Origin: the human T2T-CHM13v2.0 reference genome, Homo sapiens
Length of the DNA: 64,000 nucleotides
Assembly: GCF_009914755.1 (NCBI RefSeq)
Contig: NC_060947.1
Reading direction: 5' to 3' (one strand)
The notes under the pieces are model-generated. The model saw only the letters and a program-made list of their open reading frames with translations. It searched no databases and was not told the DNA's origin. Below, one piece after another: positions 39,815 to 55,115 of this stretch. The translations under genes were made by a program, and so were the position numbers. Every line of letters begins with the position of its first letter. Positions within the stretch are counted from its first letter, which is position 1.

Positions 39815-40270
39815 GTGAGCAGGTCTATGCAAACCTAAGCTCAAAGGCCAAGGAAGCTAAGAGGCAGAAGAAAGAGGCTGACAAATTCAGTTTTTCAGAA
39901 ATAAATATTTAATAGGGACTTAGGAACAGAAGCCATGTCTCAGACAGCAGTGAGTTGAGATGCTAGATGCACCGCCCACACACATTCCGTGTTGTTACTG
40001 TTACCCCCTCAGCCTCAGGGCTCATATACTATAGGAAAATGGTAAGCGTGCTTCAAATGTATATGTAGGACAATTGCTTCAGGGCAGGATTTATGGTAAG
40101 TACAATAACATCAGGGTTGTTTTGACTTAAGCGAAGATTTGGTAAGTACATTCTCTTACATCAGGAACAGAAGATAAAATAGAAATGTTGGAGGCATTCC
40201 TGGAACTGGGGTTAATGAGAAGTCAACATGGTGGATGAGACTCCTAGATGGAGTTGCTATAGCCTCTACA
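39815..40270 (-). mobile_element. ERV1 (MER4-group-like) solo LTR
   Basis: Reverse complement begins TGTAGAGGCTATAGCAACTCCATC...CATGTTGACTTCTC and contains an ATTAAA/AATAAA-like signal. Subfamily uncertain. Confidence 0.6.
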
Positions 40271-41244
40271 GTGTCCTATTGCCTTCTCACAAGAACAACT
40301 CCCCCAAAGGGGCCAGCCAACTCACTGGTGCCCAGGATTGCCAGGCCAGCAGGTGAGAGGGTGGAGATAGTTCTGGCAGCATATTCTCTTGCTGGAGACA
40401 CAACTCACAGTCATGGTCCTTAGAGCAAGAGTGGGGACTAATGCCTTCGTCATCTTTGTTAAGGGAGTACTTGGTAGTATCTGGGGTAGAGAGAGGTGAT
40501 AGACGTCACTCCAGGCCTGACCAGTGATCTCAGGGACTGGACACAAGGGTAATCTTGGATATAGGGTCCTTTACAACTGGGAGCTGAACAACCCCCAACC
40601 AGAGCTTATACCCAGTGGCCAACAGGCATGGGTTCCAAAGAAAATACCAAGGTCACCTCAAACTCTAGTTCCTTCTGGGCTGGGTGCCCATTCTGTCAAT
40701 GGCTATTGGTTTAGTAAATGGCCCCCATCTGTCCCACTCCCCAGCCAAAAAGCTGAGCAGTTCCAAGTTTATCTATCCTCCAAACCCTCAGCCTCATCCC
40801 TACGCCCCAACCACCAGCCCCAGGCTCCTTCCAGAAAACCTAGCCCTCACGGCTTTCTCAGTTCCCACAAGCCCTCTAAAGCCTTGGAAGTGATGGAGTG
40901 GATTGAATTGTCTAAAGGAAGCTATGAACACAGAAGGGTGCTGAGGCTCCTCATAGTGTCCCATACTCTCTGGCCCCAGAGAAGCCCAGGACCCAAGGAA
41001 AGAACCAGGTCTCCCAAAGCTGTCCTAGGCCCCACTGACTCTCCCAAGTTCCAGACTTTCTACCTGGGTCAGCCAGAGACCTCATTTCCTTCTTTCCAGC
41101 AAAACACATGGGGCTTCTCCAAGTTAAGTGGGACCTGCACTAGGGGCCTGCAAGGAGGAGGGGGGCAGTTAATTAACTTTGGAGGAACTTGGTCAGCTTT
41201 TTCCTTGCTGTGAAGCTTGGGTCTGATCATCTGTGGTGTCTAAC

Positions 41245-42055
41245 AGTAAGTGGCAACTCCATCCTTCCAGTTGCACAAGCCAAGAGCCTTGGAGCCATCC
41301 TTGACTTCTATTTTTCCCTCATACCACGCATCCTGCCCAGGTTCTGTTCACCCTTCAAAATACACCCAGAACCTTACCACTCCTTCCACTTCCACTGCTC
41401 CTATCTTAGTCCTTGCTAATATCATCTCTCACCTGGATGATTGCAGCGGCCTCTTGACTGACCTCCCTGCTTCCAATTCTGGCCACTCACAATCCACGCT
41501 GAAAATAGGAGGCAGAAAAATGCCCAGCTCAAAACTTTCCAATAGCTTCTGATTTCACTTAAGTTCTTATGACTGTCTCCAAGGCCCTACCCAACTTCGC
41601 CCCTTGCCACCTCTTTGACTACATCTCCTACCACTCTCCTCCCTCATACTGTCTGCTTTGGCCACACTAGCTGTTTTTGGGATATGCCAGGCATACTCCT
41701 GCCTCAGGGTCTTTGCACTGCTCGTCTCCTCATGTAGTTGCACAGCTTGCTCCCTAACCTCTTTAAGGTTCTTACTCAAAAGTCAGTGAGGCTTTTTCCC
41801 TGACCACCTATTTAGAATGGCAGCATATACCCCCATCCCTAGCCCTGCATTCCCTATGTCATCTTCCTACTTTATCACCCTCTGACCTACTATGTAATGT
41901 ACGTATTTATGATCATTATCTGCATCTCCTGCATTAGAGTAGAAGCCCCACGAGGGTAGGGATTCATGACAAGTTTGGTCTCTGCTGTATCTCCAGCATC
42001 TAAAACACAGTGGGTGATACCTAGTATACACTCAGTGAATAAACGTTGAATGAGT
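41245..42055 (+). mobile_element. LINE-2 3' portion
   Basis: GGCAACTCCATCCTTCCAGTTGC...GCCTCAGGGTCTTTGCACT...GAATAAACGTTGAATGA. Confidence 0.75.
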
Positions 42056-43481
42056 CAGCGGGGAAATCCTTCCAATCATTCTGGGAAACTCTACCCCCTC
42101 TTCAGTTCGGCTGGTGCTGAGGTGGGAGAATCTCCAACATAGGCCACGAGTCCAACAGGGCAAGGGCTGTCCCCAACTGAGGCAGGGTCTGGCAATTCAT
42201 AGGTGTCAGTGTTTGTTCAATGAACAGACACTAGGGCGAGGTGGTGGACACATATAAGGTGACCAAATACTGGTTTCTCCTTAGTGGTCTGATGTTTACA
42301 TTTCAAAGGAGTGCCCTGAAGATGCAGTGCTTCAACCCCAAGGATGAAACTGTGTTGATAAAAATTCAGGGCGTGCAGCAGGCTCCGAGAGCTACTCTTT
42401 AGGAACAAGTAGGGCTTTAGGGACCACTTGAGTCACACTCCAGCCCCCAAGCTCACCCTCCCTACCCCAAGTTCCTTTATTCAACAAATATTTATTGAGC
42501 ACTTATTATATGCCAGGTTCAATGCTGAGTGCCAGGATTTTGCCCTCAAGGAAGCCCATCCAAACCTTAACCCTGGCCTTTCTCTCTAGCTTCTTTCTTT
42601 TCTCGATTTCCCAACTCTGAGCATCAGAGGGAAGAAGAAAACAGACTAAGGGAAACAAGAGGTGCATCATCCAGGTGGAGGCCGACCAGGGCTAGGACAC
42701 CCCAGCACCCTCTTGTGAACATGGGTGAGTCCCCAGGCCTTTACCTCCCAGTTTGACCCCAGGGGCAGGACCCAGTGGAGTATAATAGAACCCTGACACT
42801 TCACATGCTGCATGAGGGCTACAGGAGGGCCACCTGGCTTAGAGGTTGGGCCATCTGAGCTTTTTAGCACATTGTTTCTATCAAATTAAGGAGCACTTCT
42901 GAATTGGAGGCTGGCCTGGCCCAGTGTGCCTGCCTCGCTGTTGTGTGTGGGCTACAGCCTGTATGGCAATAATCCAAGAGCTCAGCCATTCCTACTGAAG
43001 CTATATAGAGTATCTTGCATAATATACAGCTGTTCAATTTCAAGTCCATAGCTTGACACCTAGAACCTAGGCCATTCTAAGAGATACCTGACAAAAGCCT
43101 CCATATACTTGCTTTTCTCTTTCATTTCTTCTTTCTATATCCCTCTATTTCTTAAGCTCTTTTTCTCCTTCTTTCTTTCCTACTCCTTTCTTTTCCATCT
43201 CTCCATCTAGCATTCACTAAGAACTGACAGGCCCAGTCCTGGGCTCTGGGCCCAGAGCTGAATAAAATCCAGACTTTTCTTGTAAGGAGCCCAAAATCTC
43301 ACGTAGAAGACAAATATTGAAATAGTTTCAATACACGGTGTTAACTAACAAGTCAGAGATAGGCACAGAGTGTGAGAGCAACACACACCTGAGTCCACCC
43401 TGGAAAGTAAGGGATTGATAGTGAGTGGGGGAAGCCAGGGTAGGCTTCCTGGAGGAGGCACAGTCTAAAAGTCCTGAAAGG

Positions 43482-43772
43482 GGCTGGGGGTAGTTGCTCA
43501 TGTCTGTAATCCCAGCAGTTTGGGAGACTGAGGGAGGAGGATTGCTTGAGCCCAAGACTTTGAGACCAGCGTGGGCAACAGAGCAATACCCTGTCTCTAC
43601 CAAAAAATACAAAAATCAGCCAGGCATGGTGGCATATGCCTGTGGTCCCCGCTACTAGGGACACTGAGGTGGAAGGATCAATTGAGCCTGGAGTTCAAGG
43701 CTGCAGTGAGCTATGATCGTACCACAGCACTCCAGCCTGGGCAACAGAGTTAGACTATGTCTCAAAAAAGAA
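43482..43772 (+). mobile_element. Alu (J-like)
   Basis: Alu dimer motifs and A tail. Confidence 0.88.
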
Positions 43773-45802
43773 AAGTAAGTTTTAAAAAAAGTATTGAAAG
43801 GTCAGTAGTAATGAGCCAGGCAATGGGGAGAAGCAAGGCAGGCATTCCTGTTGAAGGGACAGCATGAGGGATGATGAAGAACTGGAGCTATATGGAGGTA
43901 ACAGGTCCTAAAGAGTCGCATATGGCATATCAAGCCAGTGTTTCCCAAACAGGGTCTTGATGAAGGCTAATGTTCTAGGAGAAAGACAGGATGCAGGAGG
44001 GTCTGGTGTCAAATAAGTGGGGCAACAGGCTTATGATTGACCTTCTTCTTGGCGAACCCCAGTGCACATTAGCATAGTAAAGATGCTAATATGTCCTGCA
44101 ATCAAGACACCTGTTTTACTTTGTTGAGCCCAGCATTAACCTAACTTATTTGCCCTGGGAACTCTTTATCACCGGATCCCAGTGATCATCCCAGGCCACA
44201 TAGTTTGAGAAATGTTGCTATAAACGCTAGGGACCCAGCAGAAGGATTTAGGCAGGGACTGATGCAATTGGGCCTATGTTTCGGAAGGCTCCCTCTGGAT
44301 GCTGTGTGGGTTGTGGACTGGAGAGGGAGAGAGAAGCAGCAGGGAGATGGGGAAATAGATTACTGCCATTGTCCAGGCAGGAGAAATGAGAGTCCTGCAC
44401 ATAGCAAGGGTGCAGCATGGGTGGCCATGGCATTGGAGCCTGTCTCGTCTTTGAATTGGGCTCAGTCAATGCACCCTGAAGCCTGCCCATATTCAAGAAC
44501 TGAGCCCCTTGATCAGGCCAGTTTCACCCTAGGTTGGTCCCTGCACTCTCCCAGGCCAGATCTGTTCCAGCCTCCCAGTCCCCGCTTCTCCAACCTGACC
44601 GTGATGCCAGTACTGGCACTTGAGGAGTCTGGGTTCCTGCCCTCTCTCCACCCTGAAATCTGGAAAGGCTAGGGTTCCATGAAGCCCACAGTCCTCAATT
44701 CATTTCTCCCTAATGGATGTGCAGCCTGGGCAGGCCTGCCCCCAGGCTTCCTCTTCTTTTATGAAGCATTTTATGATTTCTCACTAGAGAGACTTCATTG
44801 GAAAGGCTAGCTAGACTGATGGAAGCAGTGAAATGGAATAGGGAGAAGTCTGGGCTAGAGGAAGGTGCAAATAGCAGCTCTTCTCCCATGGATCAGCCTC
44901 ATTTCCTCACCCGGGTAAAGTGTGGGGTCAAGGTCACAGGTGCAACCCCCCTGCCAAGCCATTTCTGTGGGCAATGCTGGTGGGCACCTTTTCTCACATA
45001 GGCACATACAATGTAGACTGAACAAAGGCCGCAGGCCTACAGAGACCTGGGCTGGCCAAAATGCTCATAAAAGGGAACATGTAGCTAGTGGCCCTTGTAT
45101 ATTCAATTAGAGGCGTGCTAACACACACGAGTACATGACATTTTGACCTGGCAACTTTGATGCATCCATTTGGACACCAGGAACATTTTGTTCTGATTGC
45201 TTTAATGGGGTGGTTTTGACACAAAGAGATTTTTATAGGCCTAAAATTAAACCATTAAACTTTCAGCTTTGAAAAAAATGAGTATTACTATCTAGAGCTA
45301 TTTGAAAAGGACAGCTTCACTTCCCCCACTTAACCTCACTCTATTGGTGACCCTGGATGTGATGGAGATTGATGGAGGAGTTTAAGAGTGAGGGGGGCTG
45401 TTCAGGGCTGTCATAGGAGCCTATCATCTGATAATAAGAACACGATGATTTTACACTGGAGCACAGCCATCTGGGCATAGTTTGTGCAGTGGCTCCAGCA
45501 GAATGGTCCTGAAAATGTTCTCACTGTTGTGCATAGAGACCCGGGGCACAAAGGCATGTATCCAGACCATGGCACAAAGACACACAGGTGCACATGTACA
45601 GCCATGCAGGAGTCTCTAGCATACATCCCTTCCCTGTCTCATTTAGTGGCTGTGTAACCTTGGCTGTTGGGGTATCCTGGTGACCCAGCCTCTGCTGGAA
45701 TCTGGCGATGTAGGAGGCCCACCAGTCACAGAGCAAGGGCAAAGGCCTGCAGGCATTTACAGCCCTGCAAAATTCAGGATGAGGTTGGGTGCGTAGATTC
45801 AA

Positions 45803-46110
<308 letters not shown>

Positions 46111-46790
46111 TCAAGAGATGGGATGAACTGCTTGTCTGGGAGTTGGGAGTGCTGATCATGCAGGAGGTTCCTAGAGTTGGGCAGGAAAGACCTGGGCCTG
46201 CGCCCAGCCACTGACCACCCAGGGCTGAGTCACATGTGGCAGTCAGCCCCACAGGCAGGGGCAACCGGGCATATGTGGGGTTAGATGATAGGCTGGCACT
46301 GCTCTCTGTGCCCTCTGCATGGCCCTGGGAGTGTCTTTGTCCTCAGGAACTTGCCATGTAAGGGAAGAAGGCAGCCTGACTGGGAGGGGAAGGGATGGAG
46401 CCTGGTCTTCCAGCTCAGTTCTGTGGTCAGCCTACCCTGAAGATGCCATCTGCTGACAGCTGTAGAGGAGAAGGAGATGGGAGGGCAGTGGTTTCCAGGC
46501 TGAAATGAGGTGTTGGCCCAGACAGCTCCCCAGGCTGGGCCTTCTTAACTGACCCCTTTGAAAGGGGACGGGGCTAGGGGTGCACATTCCCCCCTCATTC
46601 AGACCAGGCCCTGCCAGTTTATGTGTAGAGGGGACTTCTTGCCAGAGCTCAAAAGTCTTCGCACAAGACCCTTCCACAGCTCCTCTCGTTTTTCCTGGGT
46701 CATTGGCTCCCACAAGCCAGGCTGGCTCTGCAGCTGGAGGGGATTGGCCTGGCACAGGGCACTGTCTCTCATTTACACTCCATTTCCCCC

Positions 46791-46791
<1 letters not shown>

Positions 46792-46821
<30 letters not shown>
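46792..46821. repeat. (CA)n microsatellite
   Basis: Directly visible. Confidence 0.95.
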
Positions 46822-46822
<1 letters not shown>

Positions 46823-47525
46823 ACTGATTCAACCAGAACCTTCTCCTATTCTCAAGGGAGTGTGTCACTACCCCCGGCCTCCCATGCCTGTGGGAACTCT
46901 GCTGAGGGAGGCTAACAACTGTGCTTCTCAGTCTTCTTTTCTCAGAGGCTTTGGTGGCTTTTTCTACCCAGACATCTGCCACTTCCCAGGACCTTCTGCA
47001 GGGTCCAGGTACTCTCAGAACTGTCACGCTGCCTGAGACCCAAGGGACCTTTCTGAGGCTCTGGGCAGAGCAGTCAAGAGGATCTCCCCAGTGCTGCTGC
47101 TGGGGTGGGAGAGACGCAGCCCTGAGAGGTTGCAGGAGAGCACAGACCCTAAGGTCAGAGAGGAAGGCTCCCAGATTCTGCCCCCCGACTGCCAATGACC
47201 AGTAAGCTACCTCTGGGGTCCATTTAGTGTCTCCTCCAATGGTTGGGCTCAAAAAAACCCCAAACCTCCCTCTGTCTCCAGGCAGATGAGCTTCTGTCAT
47301 TTGTCTTTCACAACTCTGTCAGGAAGTTCTTCGTGATGTCTTACGCAGATTGTTCATGTTATCAATTGAACATTTTGAAGTATTGCTCAGCACTGGATCT
47401 GCCTTCACCCATACTCCAGTGCGAACTAAGTCTAGCTCTTCTTGGGAGGCTCTGCTTCCTGAAGGGAGATGGTATTTCAGGCTGCTAGGTAAACACAGAA
47501 CTAAAAGTGAATATCTCTATGGAGC

Positions 47526-47541
47526 TCCCTAGATGGCACTG
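47526..47541 (+). promoter_or_regulatory. Candidate CTCF motif TCCCTAGATGGCACTG
   Basis: Close to the consensus CCASYAGRKGGCRS. Motif only, no binding data. Confidence 0.35.
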
Positions 47542-47846
47542 AGAATGGCTTTAAAGTAAGATGCAGCAAGGGAAAAAAATAATAATGATTATAATGACAC
47601 CAGGTTGTATCCTCTAGTAGATATGGGTTCGGCCTCTAGAGGCCAGCTCTTTAGGTTTGAATCCTGTCTCTGTCACTTAGTGCATGATTTGGGGCAAATT
47701 ACCTAACCTCTCATGCCTCAATTTCCTCATCTGTAAAATGGGGATGGCAATAATAACATCCATATCATAGGGAAATTGTGAGGATTAAATGAGTTAATAT
47801 TTAGTTAACAACTAGAACACTGCCTGGCACATAGTGAGAGCTTTCA

Positions 47847-47882
<36 letters not shown>

Positions 47883-47892
47883 TATGTGTGTG
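47847..47892. repeat. (CT)n(GT)n microsatellite between a MIR (~47620-47840) and an Alu
   Basis: Directly visible. Confidence 0.9.
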
Positions 47893-47907
47893 TTGGTTTT
47901 ATTGTGT

Positions 47908-48207
47908 TCTTTTTTTTTTTCAGGCTGGGTCTAAGCTCTATTGACCAGGCTGGAGTGCAGTGGTGCCATCATAGTTCCCTGTAGCCTTGAGCTTGTGGGC
48001 TCAAGCCATCCTTCTACCTCAGCCTCCCAAGTAGCTAGGACTACAAGTAGGCCACTATGCTTGGCTAAGTTTTTAAAAAAACTTTTTTGTAGAGACAAGG
48101 TCTTGCTCTCTGGCCCAGGTTGGTCTTGAACCTCTGACCTCAAGTGATCCTCCTTGCCTTGGCGTCCCAAAGTGCTGGGATTATAGGCGTGAGCCACTGC
48201 ACCTGGC
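47908..48207 (-). mobile_element. Alu (J-like)
   Basis: Poly-T followed by an antisense Alu ending GAGCCACTGCACCTGGCC. Confidence 0.9.
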
Positions 48208-50953
48208 CCACTTTCTGTGTTTAATAAATAAAAAAGAATAGCTATTTTATATCAAGTATTTACTAGGCACCTGGTGCTTTGCATATATTATTTCATTTAA
48301 TATAACTGCCCTCTGAGGTTGGTACTATACTTATCCCTATTTTATAGACAAAGGAGCTGAGGCCTAGAGAGGTTCAAGAATTTGTCCAAGATCACTCATG
48401 TACGAACTGGCAGAACAGGGTTTCAGGTGCAGGCAGTCTGGCCTCAGAGCCCCAATATTTAATCTCTAGGTCATGCTGCCATGTGAGATGGCTGTGCAAC
48501 TCTCAAGGGCCATTTCCTCTCTCTGTCTTGGGACCAAGGTCAAAGTTGGCCCTTCAAAGTCTGCCTCAGGCCTTAGGAACAAAATCTCACATTCACCTGC
48601 CCCTGCCCCTGTGCTGCATTGTCTATCACTACACTCCCTTACATCATTTGTTCCAGCCAGATTTGACTTCTTGCAGTTCCTGGAATGTGCCATGATGTCA
48701 TTGTCTTCCTAGACTCTGAATGTGCAGGTCCCTCTGCCTGGAATGTCTTTCCCTTTCCTTTTTGGTTGGTTAGCTCTTATCCTCCTTCAGATCTCAAGTC
48801 AGACCTCAATTCCTCCAGGAAACTTTCCTTGATCTTCTTCCCCAATCTCAGTCTGTGGTCGGTGCCCCTGTGCTTTCTTCACGTAGCACTGACACCACTG
48901 CATTTTCATCACTGATTTTTGTGGCTGTCTTCTCAACTAACTATGTATCATTGGGAGGTAGGAACCACAACTTCTTTCTCCCAGAGTCTCCAGTATTTAG
49001 CCAGGGCCTGGCCTGAGAGGGGTTCAGCCCATGCTTGTTGAGTGAATGACTGGAAATATCAGCTAAGCAGGGCAGAAATGTGGCCCTGGAAAAAGGGGTG
49101 CACGCAACCATCCCACCTGGGCCATCCACTGAGGGCAGAAGAGAACATTAGGGAAGACTTTGGCACCCTGGCATTGGGAAGGCCATCAGAAACCAGAAGC
49201 AGAAAAGATCTTGTGTTGTGAAAGGAAAGAAGGATGAAGATTGGGGAAAGAGGTGGCAGGGAAGAGAGGGACAGAGGAGAGAAAGAAAGGAAAGAAATGC
49301 AAGGACATCTCTCTCTGCTACTGAATACATACACTGTGCGTATGAGTGGTGGGATTATTAAGTTGCATTCAGGCACTCTGTGTGTGGGTGTGCCCTTCCC
49401 TAGGGAAGAGGCAGGACCTCACACAGAAACATAAACTGAGAGAGGTTGCCCTTTGGTAGGAAATAACCTCTTTATCTCTGTTGGAGCCCTGGGCTCTTGG
49501 GGTCTAGACTTGGCAAAGGCCAGATATGTAGACATGGGTTTCTGGGTGGCAACTGCACAGTGGAGGTAGGCTAGAAGCTGGGATAGGACTGACATGGACC
49601 TTGAGGATGTTTTCTTTTGTAAGCCAGAAGATGTAATTTCATGTTATTCTGTGTTTGTTTCCCTTTTATTTATTCATGTGCGCATAAGAACATCTTAGTT
49701 ATACATTCCAAATGAAGGGCAGGAAATTAAGCAAAAGGCCCTAGGTCCCCCCGATAGTCCAAAGCATTAAATGGGTAGTGCCAATGTGATATGGAGTCTG
49801 GGGAGAGTAGAGGCAGCAGAAATTAGTGAGAGGTCCCCAAGGAGAAAGTGAGTCTCAGCAAAGAAGATGTGGCCACTTCTCTTCATGTGGGGAGTCTCCT
49901 TCCACTTGCTACTCTGGGGCAGCTTGACTTTCTTGTTTTAAGGATGCCAAGGACGTCTTTTACAAGGGATAGAAGAGAGGATCCAGGAAAGAAGAGAAAA
50001 AGGGAGAGAGATAGAAGGGAAGAGAAGGAGAAGAACAGAGTGTTAGAAATACCTTCAAGGCTCATGGGAGCCAGATCTTGCTGGGTGTCAAACAACCTGT
50101 CTCTTTAATAAGAAATAGCCAGATAAGAAATCTTGGCAATTAGAGGCTAAGAACAACCTTGCACAAAGGACTATTAACAAATAGGCTGCCTGAAATATTC
50201 TGCATTCACAGGTTTGCAAGTCAAAAGACTGGACTGCCTGGCTCATTCTGAACAGCAGGGCTGAGCAAATGTGCTCTCTGAAGAGAGAGAGAAAGAGAGA
50301 GATTTGGAAAATAGGATCAGAGCTGCTTGCTTGCCAAACCCAAAGCTAAACAATCTTCTGGCAGCTGAAGCTTAAAGAGTTCTGGGCCCAAGTCCCTGGG
50401 AGATGGTTCTATGAAAGGAATCTTGGAATCTACTGTGGAAATGGCTCTGCCCTTTCTGTGATTCAGTGTCTCTTAGGTTCCTAGAATGGTCCAATTCTTC
50501 TTGACCACCCTCTTAACTATATCCACAAGACAACCCCTGAGTGGGGAATGTCCCAGCCCAAGGCCACCCACTGAGATAGTAATAGAGGAAGAGCCAGATT
50601 CCAGCATCTGGCTTCAAGGCTTCAAGGCTTTTTTTGTTCTACTAGGAAAAAACAATTTTTCCCTTGATTGAAAGGTGGGTATAGAGAGGTGGAAACTTTC
50701 CTTTATTATGAGTCTACCGTTATCTTATGACTGGCTGCATTGACAACCCAGCAAGATTTCAGGGCAGGTATTGTTATTTCTTTCTTTACGGACGGACCAA
50801 ACTACTGAAGCTAGTGATGTACGGTAAATGACTTGCCCAGACCTCACAAGGGTGGCAGAGCCAGGATCTGAATCCAAGTCTCCTGATTCTAAATTCTGAG
50901 ACTGCCAAGGTGAAAGGAACTCTATGTCTTGGAGGAAATAAGTGTCCTCCAAG

Positions 50954-51230
50954 TGTATTAGTCAGGATTCTTCAGAAAACTGAACCAACAGGATGTACGT
51001 ACGGAAAGAAAGAGATTTATTATAAGGAATTGGTTCATATGATTATGGAGGCTGAGAAGTCTCAAGATCTGCAGTTGGCAAGCTGGAGGCCCAGGAGAGC
51101 TAATATGTAGTTCTAGTCCAAGTACAAAGGCCTGAGAAATAGAAGAGCCCATGGTGTAAGCTCCAGTCTAAAAGCCAGTAGACTCGAGACTCTAGAAGAG
51201 CTGAGGTTTCTGTTCAAGTCCCAAAGCAGA
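50954..51230 (-). mobile_element. MLT2-type (ERVL) LTR fragment
   Basis: TGTATTAGTCAGG...GAGATTTATTATAAGGAATTGG...GGAGGCTGAGAAGTC.CAAGATCTGCAG. Confidence 0.8.
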
Positions 51231-52176
51231 ATAATATTGTCACCACTCAAGACTGGCTGCTGTTACTGCAGAAAGATCAGCATTTTGTTGGCTCATTAGC
51301 CTAAAATGTGTCGCATGCCCAATCTGAAGCCAATCACAGGCCAGGGGTTGTTCTAAGCCTACTCCTCTGCAGTAGGCTTAGAACAATCAGAACCTACCTT
51401 TGAAACACATGACCACACAGAGGAGGGTGGGTACCTCAACAAAATTGGGGCTCCAATAGGAAAGTGAAAGTCATGAAGTGAGGGATTCCCTAGTTTTCCT
51501 ACTGTGAATTGAATATAAGCCAGTTGATTAACTAAAGGACACTATTTGCACTTTGTGCTGCTATTGGTTATCAAGCTAAGCTCTGAACATATAGAAAATG
51601 TGTTCTCATGCAGCAGAGGTCACATGATACTAGATCTAGCAGTTGGCTACTCAGGTGGCATGTCTCGTGTAGAGATGGGCAGCTGTGATCTCTCATGATT
51701 TTTTTAAAGGTGAAATTCACATAACTTACAATTAACCATTTTCAAATGTATAATTGAGTGGCATTTAGTGCATTCACAATGTTGTACAACCACCATCTTT
51801 CTCCAGTTTCAAAATTTTTCCATCACCCCAGAAGAACACCCTATGTCCATTAAGCAGTCATTCCCCATTCCCTTCTCCCCCAGTTCCCTGGAAACCACTA
51901 ATCTGTTTTCTGTCCCTAGGATTTGCCTTTTCTGAATATTTTATATAAACGGAATCATATAATATATGGCTCTTTGTGTTTGGTTACTTTCACTTAATGT
52001 TTCTGAGGTTCATCCAGGTTCTAGTGTGTATCAGTCCTTCATGCCCATTTTATGATTCAATAATATTTCATTGTATGGTTATACCACAACTAGTTTATTC
52101 ATTCATCCATTGATAGACATTTGAGTTGTTTCTACCTTTTGGTTATTGTGAATGGTGCTGCTATGAAGATTTGTGA

Positions 52177-52575
<399 letters not shown>

Positions 52576-53031
52576 TGAGGACCCACCGAAGTGTTTTCCA
52601 CAGTGGCTGTACCATTTTACATTCCCACAAGCCACGTACAAGCGCTCCTGTTTCTCCACATCCTTGTCAACACTTGTTATTTTCCTTTTTTATTATTATA
52701 GCCATCCTAGTGGGTGTGGAGTTGTATCTCTCATTGTGGCTTTGAATTGCATTTCCTTAATGATCTATTATGTTGAACATCTTTTCATGTGCTTATTGGG
52801 AATTTGTATAGCTTCTTTAGAGAAATGTCTATTGAAGTCCTTTGCCTAGTTTTGAATTGGTTTGACTTTTTGTTGTTGAATTATAAGAGTTCTTTATATA
52901 TGTTCTGGATACTAAATCTTTATCAGATATATGACTCACAAATATTTTCTCATTCTGTAGGTTGTCTGTTCACTTACACAATGGTGCCCTTTGATGTACA
53001 AAAGTTAATTTTGATGAAGTGCAATTTATAT

Positions 53032-53323
53032 ATTTTTCTTTTTGAGATGGAGTCTCGCTCTGTCGCCCAGGCTGGAGTGCAGTGGCGTGATCTTGGCTCA
53101 CAGCAACCTCTGCCTCCGAGGTTCAAGTGATTCTCCTGCCTCAGCCTCCTGAGTAGCTGGGATTACAGGAGTGCACCACCATGCCTGGCTAATTTTTGTA
53201 TTTTTACTAGAGATGGAGTTTCACTATGTTGGTCAGGCTGATCTCGAACTCCTGACTTTGTGATCCACCCGCCTCAGCCTCCCAAAGTGCTGGGATTACA
53301 GGCATGAGCCACTGCGCCTGGCC
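53032..53323 (-). mobile_element. Alu (S-like)
   Basis: Antisense Alu dimer. Confidence 0.92.
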
Positions 53324-53430
53324 TATAGTTTTCTTTTGTTGCTCATGCTTTCTTGTGCCAAATCTAAGAATTGTTTGCCAAATCTGAGCTCATGAAGATA
53401 TGCCCCTATGTGTCTGCCTAATAGTTTTAG

Positions 53431-53712
<282 letters not shown>

Positions 53713-54795
53713 TAGATCTTATATTTGGGCCGTTGAACCATTTTGAGTTAATATTTGCATCTGCAGTGAAGTAGGAGGCCAAGTTTATGTTTTGTATGTG
53801 GTTATCCAGTTTTCCTGGTACCATTTGTTGAAGAGATTCCTATGATTTGTTTTGATGGCTTAGAGACTCATTAGTCTTGGTCTGATTTTCTGTGCTGCTC
53901 ACGTTTTAGCTGTGTGATCTCAGATAAAGCCCTTTACCTCTTTGAGTCACAGTTGCCTCATCTGCAAGGTGGAGATAACAATATATCTGGCAGGGTTGTT
54001 GTGAGGATTATGGGGGGCTAGCTGGACACAGAAGGATTGTCTTCCCTCTTTTCCGTTAGCCACAAATAGTAACTCCTCTTAGCTTATGCAAAGCCCAAAA
54101 CCAAACTTAAGGGAACATTATCATGGTCATTTTTTGTATTCTGTTTATGTCTCACTCCTTCCTGGAGTTAGGGAGGCAAATCAGATGCATTGATCTAAAA
54201 GGCCACCTGCCCCCGCCCCCCACCATATTGGAGGAATTATTAATAATGGAGATAATTAATTGCATCCTGATAAAGATAAGCCCTTACGGTTGGTCTAAGA
54301 AACCCTGCTTCTCTAATACTCCCTGCCCCCAAAGCCCCCAAATTCTCCATCTTTCAGGACACACAAGTGGCCCATTGGCCCACACAGAGCAACGAGCTCT
54401 TGCTTTCTTTCCTCTTTTCTCTCCCCTACTCTTTTCTTCTTTTCTTTGGGCTAAGTAATGTTTGAGTGTTTCTCTTGGACTTTTGTAAAGTACTTTGCTA
54501 AGACTTATCTCAAGTGTTTCTCATAATAAGCTTTGGAGCTCTATAGGGCAATTCCCCTCCCTTCAACCACACACAATCTGACTGCTCAAGACTCCATGGC
54601 TTTGGAAAAGGGAAGTGTCCTACCCAAGCTCACAGTGCTAGCAAGTGGGGGGATAAGACTGAGGACCTCTTGACTCCAAGCCTAGTGCTCTCTACACTTC
54701 AAAAAGAGGGCAGATCCTCTCCCTGCCCCAGGGAGGCTTAGCATATGCCATGGAATTTAGGGCTGAAAGGGGGTTTGTTCACAGACCATTTAGGG

Positions 54796-55115
54796 TAGTG
54801 GCTCCCAACTCTGCCTATGCATTGGAATCACCTGGAAAACTTTAAAAATACCGATGTCTGGGTCCCACCCCCAGAGACTCTGATGTCATTGGTCTGGGCT
54901 GTGGCCTGGGCTTCTAGGGATTTCAAAGCTCCACAGGTAATTCTAATATGCAGCTAGGGTTGTGGACATTTGATCCAGCATTTCCCAAACATTGCTGATG
55001 ATATGGATCCCCTGAGATACTTGTTAAACATAACTGCTTCTGGGTTCCATTTCAGAAGCTCCAGGGACAGGCCTGGGATGCTGTGCATTTCACAGCACCC
55101 TCAGAGATGTTTGAG
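54796..55115. mobile_element. MER5-family relics (two adjacent)
   Basis: GCATTGGAATCACCTGG...CCCCAGAGACTCTGAT...GGTAATTCTAATATGCAGC, followed by CAGCATTTCCCAAAC. Confidence 0.65.

Noticed and set aside
40524-41213. 229-aa ORF
   Set aside because: GTG start, no recognisable homology or splice structure; consistent with chance.
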